Below, piece after piece: positions 23,189 through 35,100 of a DNA stretch of 64,000 bases (positions are counted from its first letter, which is position 1; every line of letters begins with the position of its first letter). The translations under genes were made by a program, and so were the position numbers. Below the pieces are notes generated by a model. The model did not search any database. It was not told the origin of the DNA and saw nothing but the letters and a program-made list of their open reading frames with translations. The stretch comes from Eledone cirrhosa (lineage: Eukaryota): assembly GCA_964016885.1 (NCBI GenBank), contig OZ024743.1, positions 135,966,001-136,030,000 on the forward strand, read 5' to 3'.

Positions 23189-26100
23189 CATCAAACACCA
23201 ATCACGAATCACCAAACAGCAAACAGCAAACACCAAACACCAAACACCAAACACCAAGCACCAAGCACCAAACACCAAACACCAAGCACCAAGCACCAAA
23301 CACCAAATACCAAGCACCAAGCACCAAGCACCAAGCACCAAACACCAAGCACCAAGCACCAAGCACCAAACACCAAGCACCAAACACCAAGCACCAGACA
23401 CGAAGCACCAAGCACCAAATACCAAGCACCAAAAACCAAGCACCAAGCTCCAAGGACCAAACACCAAGCACCAAACACCAAACACCAAGCACCAAGCATG
23501 AAACACCAAGCACCAAGCGCCAAACACCAAACACCAAGCACCAAGCACCAAATACCAAGCACCAAGCACCAAGCACCAAGCACCAAACACCAAACACCAA
23601 ACACCAAACAGCAAACAGCAAACTCCAAACACCAAACAACAAACAGCAAACACCAAACAGCAAACAGCAAACACCAAACAGCAAACAGCAAACACCAAAC
23701 ACCAACCAGCAAACACCAAGCACCAAACACCAAGCACCAAGCAACAAGCACCAATCACCAAGCACCAAGCACTAAACACCAAACACCAAGCACCAAGCAC
23801 CATGGACCAAAGACCAAGCATCAAGCACCAAGCACCAAACGCCAAGCACCAAGCACCAAACACCAAGCACCAAGCACCATGCACCAAACACCAAGCACCA
23901 AAGACCAAGCACCAAATACCAAGCACCAAGCACCAAACACCAATCACCAAGCACCAAGCACCAAACACCAAGAACCCAGCACCAATCACTAAACACCAAA
24001 CACCAAGCACCAAGCACCAAGTACCAAACTCCAAACACCAAACACCAAGCACCAAGCACCAAATCGCAAGCACCAAACACCAAGCACCAAGCACCAAACA
24101 CCAAACACCAGGCACCAAGCACCATGCACCAATCACCAAACACCAAGCACCAAGCACCAAACACCAAACACTAAGCACCAAGCACCAAACACCAAACACC
24201 AAGCACCTAGCACCAAGCACCAAGCACCAAGCACCAAACACCAAGCACCAAGCACCAAGCCCCAAACACCAAGCACCAAACACCAAGCACCAGACACGAA
24301 GCACCAAGCACCAAATACCAAGCACCAAAAACCAAGCACCAAGCTCCAAGGACCAAACACCAAGCACCAAACACCAAACACCAAGCACCAAGCATGAAAC
24401 ACCAAGCACCAAGCGCCAAACACCAAACACCAAGCACCAAGCACCAAATACCAAGCACCAAGCACCAAGCACCAAGCACCAAACACCAAACACCAAACAC
24501 CAAACACAAAACAGCAAACAGCAAACTCCAAACACCAAACACCAAACAGCAAACACCAAACACCAAACAGCAAACACCAAACAGCAAACACTAAACACCA
24601 ACCAGCAAACACCAAACACCAAACACCAAACAGCAAACGCCAAACAGCAAACGCCAAACACCAAACGCCAAACAGTAAGCACCAAGCACCAAACACCAAA
24701 CACCAAGCACCAAGCACCAAACACCAAACACCAAGCACCAAGCACCAAACACCAAACACCAAGCACCAAGCACTAAACACCAAACACCAAGCACCAAGCA
24801 CCAAGCCCCAAACACCAAGCACCAAGCACCAAGCACCAAACACCAAGCACCAAGCACCAAACACGAACCAGCAAACACCAAACACCAAACACCAAACAGC
24901 AAACACAAAACACCAAACACCAAATAGCAAACGCCAAAAAGCAAACGCCAAACCCCAAACGCCAAACAGCAAACGCCAAGCACCAAACACCAAACACCAA
25001 GCGCCAAGCACCAAACACCAAACACCAAGCACCAAGCACCAAACACCAAACACCAAGCACCTAGCACCAAAGAGCAAACACCAAGCCCCAAGCACCAAAC
25101 ACCCAACACCAAACACCAAACATCAAACACCAATCACGAATCACCAAACAGCAAACAGCAAACACCAAACACCAAACACCAAACACCAAGCACCAAGCAC
25201 CAAACACCAAACACCAAGCACCAAGCACCAAACACCAAATACCAAGCACCAAGCACCAAGCACCAAGCACCAAACACCAAGCACCAAGCACCAAGCACCA
25301 AACACCAAGCACCAAACACCAAGCACCAGACACGAAGCACCAAGCACCAAATACCAAGCACCAAAAACCAAGCACCAAGCTCCAAGGACCAAACACCAAG
25401 CACCAAACACCAAACACCAAGCACCAAGCATGAAACACCAAGCACCAAGCGCCAAACACCAAACACCAAGCACCAAGCACCAAATACCAAGCACCAAGCA
25501 CCAAGCACCAAGCACCAAACACCAAACACCAAACACCAAACAGCAAACAGCAAACTCCAAACACCAAACACCAAACAGCAAACACCAAACACCAAACAGC
25601 AAACACAAAACAGCAAACAGCAAACACCAAACACCAACCAGCAAACACCAAGCACCAAACACCATGCACCAAGCAACAAGCACCAATCACCAAGCACCAA
25701 GCACTAAACACCAAACACCAAGCACCAAGCACCATGGACCAAACACCAAGCATCAAGCACCAAGCACCAAACGCCAAGCACCAAGCACCAAACACCAAGC
25801 ACCAAGCACCATGCACCAAACACCAAGCACCAAAGACCAAGCACCAAATACCAAGCACCAAGCACCAAACACCAATCACCAAGCACCAAGCACCAAACAC
25901 CAAGAACCCAGCACCAATCACTGAACACCAAACACCAAGCACCAAGCACCAAGTACCAAACTCCAAACACCAAACACCAAGCACCAAGCACCAAATCGCA
26001 AGCACCAAACACCAAGCACCAAGCACCAAACACCAGACACCAAGCACCAAGCACCAAACACCAGACACCAAGCACCAAGCACCATGCACCAATCACCAAA

Positions 26101-29100
26101 CACCAAGCACCAAGCACCAAAGACCAAACACTAAGCACCAAGCACCAAACACCAAACACCAAGCACCTAGCACCAAGCACCAAGCACCAAGCACCAAACA
26201 CCAAGCACCAAGCACCAAGCCCCAAACACCAAGCACCAAACACCAAGCACCAGACACGAAGCACCAAGCACCAAATACCAAGCACCAAAAACCAAGCACC
26301 AAGCTCCAAGGACCAAACACCAAGCACCAAACACCAAACACCAAGCACCAAACACCAAGCACCAAACACCAAGCACCAAGCACCAAGCACCAAACACCAA
26401 GCACCAAGCACCAAACACCAACCAGCAAACACCAAACACCAAACACCAAACAGCAAACACCAAACACCAAACACCAAATAGCAAACGCCAAAAAGCAAAC
26501 GCCAAACCCCAAACGCCAAACAGCAAACGCCAAGCACCAAACACCAAACACCAAGCGCCAAGCACCAAACACCAAACACCAAGCACCAAGCACCAAACAC
26601 CAAACACCAAGCACCAAGCACCAAAGAGCAAACACCAAGCCCCAAGCACCAAACACCCAACACCAAACACCAAACATCAAACACCAATCACGAATCACCA
26701 AACAGCAAACAGCAAACACCAAACACCAAACACCAAACACCAAGCACCAAGCACCAAACACCAAACACCAAGCACCAAGCACCAAACACCAAATACCAAG
26801 CACCAAGCACCAAGCACCAAGCACCAAACACCAAGCACCAAGCACCAAGCACCAAACACTAAGCACCAAACACCAAGCACCAGACACGAAGCACCAAGCA
26901 CCAAATACCAAGCACCAAAAACCAAGCACCAAGCTCCAAGGACCAAACACCAAGCACCAAACACCAAACACCAAGCACCAAGCATGAAACACCAAGCACC
27001 AAGCGCCAAACACCAAAAACCAAGCACCAAGCACCAAATACCAAGCACCAAGCACCAAGCACCAAGCACCAAACACCAAACACCAAACACCAAACAGCAA
27101 ACAGCAAACTCCAAACACCAAACACCAAACAGCAAACACCAAACACCAAACAGCAAACACCAAACAGCAAACAGCAAACACCAAACACCAACCAGCAAAC
27201 ACCAAGCACCAAACACCAAGCACCAAGCAACAAGCACCAATCACCAAGCACCAAGCACTAAACACCAAACCCCAAGCACCAAGCACCATGGACCAAACAA
27301 CAAGCATCAAGCACCAAGCACCAAACGCCAAGAACCAAGCACCAAACACCAAGCACCAAGCACCATGCACCAAACACCAAGCACCAAAGACCAAGCACCA
27401 AATACCAAGCACCAAGCACCAAACACCAATCACCAAGCACCAAGCACCAAACACCAAGAACCCAGCACCAATCACTAAACACCAAACACCAAGCACCAAG
27501 CACCAAATCCCAAGCACCAAACACCAAGCACCAAGCACCAAACACCAAACACCAAGCACCAAGCACCATGCACCAATCACCAAACACCAAGCACCAAGCA
27601 CCAAACACCAAACACCAAGCACCAAGCACCAAAAACCAAACACCAAGCACCTAGCACCAAGCACCAAGCACCAAGCACCAAACACCAAGCACCAAGCACC
27701 AAGCCCCAAACACCAAGCACCAAACACCAAGCACCAGACACGAAGCACCAAGCACCAAATACCAAGCACCAAAAACCAAGCACCAAGCTCCAAGGACCAA
27801 ACACCAAGCACCAAACACCAAACACCAAGCACCAAGCATGAAACACCAAGCACCAAGCGCCAAACACCAAACACCAAGCACCAAGCACCAAATACCAAGC
27901 ACCAAGCACCAAGCACCAAGCACCAAACACCAAACACCAAACACCAAACAGCAAACAGCAAACTCCAAACACCAAACACCAAACAGCAAACACCAAACAC
28001 CAAACAGCAAACACCAAACAGCAAACAGCAAACACCAAACACCAACCAGCAAACACCAAGCACCAAACACCAAGCACCAAGCAACAAGCACCAATCACCA
28101 AGCACCAAGCACTAAACACCAAACACCAAGCACCAAGCACCATGGACCAAACACCAAGCATCAAGCACCAAGCACCAAACGCCAAGCACCAAGCACCAAA
28201 CACCAAGCACCAAGCACCATGCACCAAACACCAAGCACCAAAGACCAAGCACCAAATACCAAGCACCAAGCACCAAACACCAATCACCAAGCACCAAGCA
28301 CCAAACACCAAGAACCCAGCACCAATCACTAAACACCAAACACCAAGCACCAAGCACCAAGTACCAAACTCCAAACACCAAACACCAAGCACCAAGCACC
28401 AAATCGCAAGCACCAAACACCAAGCACCAAGCACCATACACCAAACACCAAGAACCAAGCACCATGCACCAATCACCAAACACCAAGCACCAAGCACCAA
28501 ACACCAAACACTAAGCACCAAGCACCAAACACCAAACACCAAGCACCTAGCACCAAGCACCAAGCACCAAGCACCAAACACCAAGCACCAAGCACCAAGC
28601 CCCAAACACCAAGCACCAAATACCAAGCACCAGACACGAAGCACCAAGCACCAAATACCAAGCACCAAAAACCAAGCACCAAGCTCCAAGGACCAAACAC
28701 CAAGCACCAAACACCAAACACCAAGCACCAAGCACCAAATCCCAAGCACCAAACACCAAGCACCAAGCACCAAACACCAAACACCAAGCACCAAGCACCA
28801 TGCACCAATCACCAAACACCAAGCACCAAGCACCAAACACCAAACACCAAGCACCAAGCACCAAAAACCAAACACCAAGCACCTAGCACCAAGCACCAAG
28901 CACCAAGCACCAAACACCAAGCACCAAGCACCAAGCCCCAAACACCAAGCACCAAACACCAAGCACCAGACACGAAGCACCAAGCACCAAATACCAAGCA
29001 CCAAAAACCAAGCACCAAGCTCCAAGGACCAAACACCAAGCACCAAACACCAAACACCAAGCACCAAGCATGAAACACCAAGCACCAAGCGCCAAACACC

Positions 29101-32100
29101 AAACACCAAGCACCAAGCACCAAATACCAAGCACCAAGCACCAAGCACCAAGCACCAAACACCAAACACCAAACACCAAACAGCAAACAGCAACCTCCAA
29201 ACACCAAACACCAAACAGCAAACACCAAACACCAAACAGCAAACACCAAACAGCAAACAGCAAACACCAAACACCAACCAGCAAACACCAAGCACCAAAC
29301 ACCAAGCACCAAGCAACAAGCACCAATCACCAAGCACCAAGCACTAAACACCAAACACCAAGCACCAAGCACCATGGACCAAACACCAAGCATCAAGCAC
29401 CAAGCACCAAACGCCAAGCACCAAGCACCAAACACCAAGCACCAAGCACCATGCACCAAACACCAAGCACCAAAGACCAAGCACCAAATACCAAGCACCA
29501 AGCACCAAACACCAATCACCAAGCACCAAGCACCAAACACCAAGAACCCAGCACCAATCACTAAACACCAAACACCAAGCACCAAGCACCAAGTACCAAA
29601 CTCCAAACACCAAACACCAAGCACCAAGCACCAAATCGCAAGCACCAAACACCAAACACCAAGCACCAAACACCAAACACCAAGCACCAAGCACCATGGA
29701 CCAATCACCAAACACCAAGCACCAAGCACCAAACACCAAACACTAAGCACCAAGCACCAAACACCAAACACCAAGCACCTAGCACCAAGCACCAAGCACC
29801 AAGCACCAAACACCAAGCACCAAGCACCAAGCCCCAAACACCAAGCACCAAATACCAAGCACCAGACACGAAGCACCAAGCACCAAATACCAAGCACCAA
29901 AAACCAAGCACCAAGCTCCAAGGACCAAACACCAAGCACCAAACACCAAACACCAAGCACCAAGCATGAAACACCAAGCACCAAGCGCCAAACACCAAAC
30001 ACCAAGCACCAAGCACCAAATACCAAGCACCAAGCACCAAGCACCAAGCACCAAACACCAAACACCAAACACCAAACACAAAACAGCAAACAGCAAACTC
30101 CAAACACCAAACACCAAACAGCAAACACCAAACACCAAACAGCAAACACCAAACAGCAAACACTAAACACCAACCAGCAAACACCAAACACCAAACACCA
30201 AACAGCAAACGCCAAACAGCAAACGCCAAACACCAAACGCCAAACAGTAAGCACCAAGCACCAAACACCAAACACCAAGCACCAAGCACCAAACACCAAA
30301 CACCAAACACCAAGCACCAAGCACCAAGCCCCAAACACCAAGCACCAAGCACCAAGCACCAAACACCAAGCACCAAGCACCAAACACGAACCAGCAAACA
30401 CCAAACACCAAACACCAAACAGCGAACACAAAAAACCAAACACCAAATAGCAAACGCCAAAAAGCAAACGCCAAACCCCAAACGCCAAACAGCAAACGCC
30501 AAGCACCAAACACCAAACACCAAGCGCCAAGCACCAAACACCAAACACCAAGCACCAAGCACCAAACACCAAACACCAAGCACCTAGCACCAAAGAGCAA
30601 ACACCAAGCCCCAAGCACCAAACACCCAACACCAAACACCAAACATCAAACACCAATCACGAATCGCCAAACAGCAAACAGCAAACACCAAACACCAAAC
30701 ACCAAACACCAAGGACCAAGCACCAAACACCAAACACCAAGCACCAAGCACCAAACACCAAATACCAAGCACCAAGCACCAAGCACCAAGCACCAAACAC
30801 CAAGCACCAAGCACCAAGCACCAAACACCAAGCACCAAACACCAAGCACCAGACACGAAGCACCAAGCACCAAATACCAAGCACCAAAAACCAAGCACCA
30901 AGCTCCAAGGACGAAACACCAAGCACCAAACACCAAACACCAAGCACCAAGCATGAAACACCAAGCACCAAGCGCCAAACACCAAACACCAAGCACCAAG
31001 CACCAAATACCAAGCACCAAGCACCAAGCACCAAGCACCAAACACCAAACACCAAACACCAAACAGCAAACAGCAAACTCCAAACACCAAACACCAAACA
31101 GCAAACACCAAACACCAAACAGCAAACACAAAACAGCAAACAGCAAACACCAAACACCAACCAGCAAACACCAAGCACCAAACACCAAGCACCAAGCAAC
31201 AAGCACCAATCACCAAGCACCAAGCACTAAAGACCAAACACCAAGCACCAAGCACCATGGACCAAACACCAAGCATCAAGCACCAAGCACCAAACGCCAA
31301 GCACCAAGCACCAAACACCAAGCACCAAGCACCATGCACCAAACACCAAGCACCAAAGACCAAGCACCAAATACCAAGCACCAAGCACCAAACACCAATC
31401 ACCAAGCACCAAGCACCAAACACCAAGAACCCAGCACCAATCACTAAACACCAAACACCAAGCACCAAGCACCAAGTACCAAACTCCAAACACCAAACAC
31501 CAAGCACCAAGCACCAAACACCAAACACCAAGCACCAAGCACCATGCACCAATCACCAAACACCAAGCACCAAGCACCAAAGACCAAACACTAAGCACCA
31601 AGCACCAAACACCAAACACCAAGCACCTAGCACCAAGCACCAAGCACCAAGCACCAAACACCAAGCACCAAGCACCAAGCCCCAAACACCAAGCACCAAA
31701 CACCAAGCACCAGACACGAAGCACCAAGCACCAAATACCAAGCACCAAAAACCAAGCACCAAGCTCCAAGGACCAAACACCAAGCACCAAACACCAAACA
31801 CCAAGCACCAAGCCTGAAACACCAAGCACCAAGCGCCAAACACCAAACACCAAGCACCAAGCACCAAATACCATGCACCAAGCACCAAGCACCAAGCACC
31901 AAACACCAAACACCAAACACCAAACACCAAACAGCAAACAGCAAACTCCAAACACCAAACACCAAACAGCAAACACCAAACAGCAAACACCAGACACCAA
32001 CCAGCAAACACCAAACACCAAACACCAAACAGCAAACGCCAAACATCAAACGCCAAACACCAAACGCCAAACAGCAAACGCCAAACACCAAACGCCAAAC

Positions 32101-35100
32101 AGTAAGCACCAAGCACCAAACACCAAACACCAAGCACCAAGCACCAAACACCAAACACCAAGCACCAAGCACCAAACACCAAACACCAAGCACCAAGCAC
32201 TAAACACCAAACACCAAGCACCAAGCACTAAGCCCCAAACACCAAGCACCAAACACCAAGCACCAAACACCAAGCACCAAACTCCAAGCACCAAACACCA
32301 AGCACCAAGCACCAAGCACCAAACACCAAGCACCAAGCACCAAACACCAACCAGCAAACACCAAACACCAAACACCAAACAGCAAACACCAAACACCAAA
32401 CACCAAATAGCAAACGCCAAAAAGCAAACGCCAAACCCCAAACGCCAAACAGCAAACGCCAAGCACCAAGCACCAAATACCAAGCACCAAGCACCAAGCA
32501 CCAAGCACCAAACACCAAACACCAAACACCAAACAGCAAACAGCAAACTCCAAACACCAAACACCAAACAGCAAACACCAAACACCAAACAGCAAACACA
32601 AAACAGCAAACAGCAAACACCAAACACCAACCAGCAAACACCAAGCACCAAACACCAAGCACCAAGCAACAAGCACCAATCACCAAGCACCAAGCACTAA
32701 AGACCAAACACCAAGCACCAAGCACCATGGACCAAACACCAAGCATCAAGCACCAAGCACCAAACGCCAAGCACCAAGCACCAAACACCAAGCACCAAGC
32801 ACCATGCACCAAACACCAAGCACCAAAGACCAAGCACCAAATACCAAGCACCAAGCACCAAACACCAATCACCAAGCACCAAGCACCAAACACCAAGAAC
32901 CCAGCACCAATCACTAAACACCAAACACCAAGCACCAAGCACCAAGTACCAAACTCCAAACACCAAACACCAAGCACCAAGCACCAAACACCAAACACCA
33001 AGCACCAAGCACCATGCACCAATCACCAAACACCAAGCACCAAGCACCAAAGACCAAACACTAAGCACCAAGCACCAAACACCAAACACCAAGCACCTAG
33101 CACCAAGCACCAAGCACCAAGCACCAAACACCAAGCACCAAGCACCAAGCCCCAAACACCAAGCACCAAACACCAAGCACCAGACACGAAGCACCAAGCA
33201 CCAAATACCAAGCACCAAAAACCAAGCACCAAGCTCCAAGGACCAAACACCAAGCACCAAACACCAAACACCAAGCACCAAGCCTGAAACACCAAGCACC
33301 AAGCGCCAAACACCAAACACCAAGCACCAAGCACCAAATACCATGCACCAAGCACCAAGCACCAAGCACCAAACACCAAACACCAAACACCAAACACCAA
33401 ACAGCAAACAGCAAACTCCAAACACCAAACACCAAACAGCAAACACCAAACACCAAACAGCAAACACCAAACAGCAAACACCAAACACCAACCAGCAAAC
33501 ACCAAACACCAAACACCAAACAGCAAACGCCAAACATCAAACGCCAAACACCAAACGCCAAACAGCAAACGCCAAACACCAAACGCCAAACAGTAAGCAC
33601 CAAGCACCAAACACCAAACACCAAGCACCAAGCACCAAACACCAAACACCAAGCACCAAGCACCAAACACCAAACACCAAGCACCAAGCACTAAACACCA
33701 AACACCAAGCACCAAGCACCAAGCCCCAAACACCAAGCACCAAACACCAAGCACCAAACACCAAGCACCAAACACCAAGCACCAAACACCAAGCACCAAG
33801 CACCAAGCACCAAACACCAAGCACCAAGCACCAAACACCAACCAGCAAACACCAAACACCAAACACCAAACAGCAAACACCAAACACCAAACACCAAATA
33901 GCAAACGCCAAAACGCAAACGCCAAACCCCAAACGCCAAACAGCAAACGCCAAGCACCAAACACCAAACACCAAGCGCCAAGCACCAAACACCAAACACC
34001 AAGCACCAAGCACCAAACACCAAACACCTAGCACCAAGCACCAAAGAGCAAACACCAAGCCCCAAGCACCAAACACCCAACACCAAACACCAAACATCAA
34101 ACACCAATCACGAATCACCAAACAGCAAACAGCAAACACCAAGCACCAAACACCAAGCACCAAGCACCAAGCACCAAACACCAAGCACCAAACACCAAGC
34201 ACCAGACACGAAGCACCAAGCACCAAATACCAAGCACCAAAAACCAAGCACCAAGCTCCAAGGACCAAACACCAAGCACCAAACACCAAACACCAAGCAC
34301 CAAGCATGAAACACCAAGCACCAAGTGCCAAACACCAAACACCAAGCACCAAGCACCAAATACCAAGCACCAAGCACCAAGCACCAAGCACCAAACACCA
34401 AACACCAAAAACCAAACAGCAAACAGCAAACTCCAAACACCAAACACCAAACAGCAAACACCAAACACCAAACAGCAAACACAAAACAGCAAACAGCAAG
34501 CACCAAACACCAACCAGCAAACACCAAGCACCAAACACCAAGCACCAAGCAACAAGCACCAATCACCAAGCACCAAGCACTAAAGACCAAACACCAAGCA
34601 CCAAGCACCATGGACCAAACACCAAGCATCAAGCACCAAGCACCAAACGCCAAGCACCAAGCACCAAACACCAAGCACCAAGCACCATGCACCAAACACC
34701 AAGCACCAAAGACCAAGCACCAAATACCAAGCACCAAGCACCAAACACCAATCACCAAGCACCAAGCACCAAACACCAAGAACCCAGCACCAATCACTAA
34801 ACACCAAACACCAAGCACCAAGCACCAAGTACCAAACTCCAAACACCAAACACCAAGCACCAAGCACCAAACACCAAACACCAAGCACCAAGCACCATGC
34901 ACCAATCACCAAACACCAAGCACCAAGCACCAAAGACCAAACACTAAGCACCAAGCACCAAACACCAAACACCAAGCACCTAGCACCAAGCACCAAGCAC
35001 CAAGCACCAAACACCAAGCACCAAGCACCAAGCCCCAAACACCAAGCACCAAACACCAAGCACCAGACACGAAGCACCAAGCACCAAATACCAAGCACCA

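Noticed and set aside
23100-23240. Fold-back read chimera or perfect palindrome
   Set aside because: Rare variants are not mirrored across the junction. A misjoin of two different arrays cannot be excluded without reads.
21753-24769. Junction-spanning ORFs with a hydrophobic half followed by a hydrophilic half (22090-23775, 23036-23992, 21753-23201, 23123-24769)
   Set aside because: An automatic consequence of the strand switch, seen in several frames on both strands. There is no evidence of expression.
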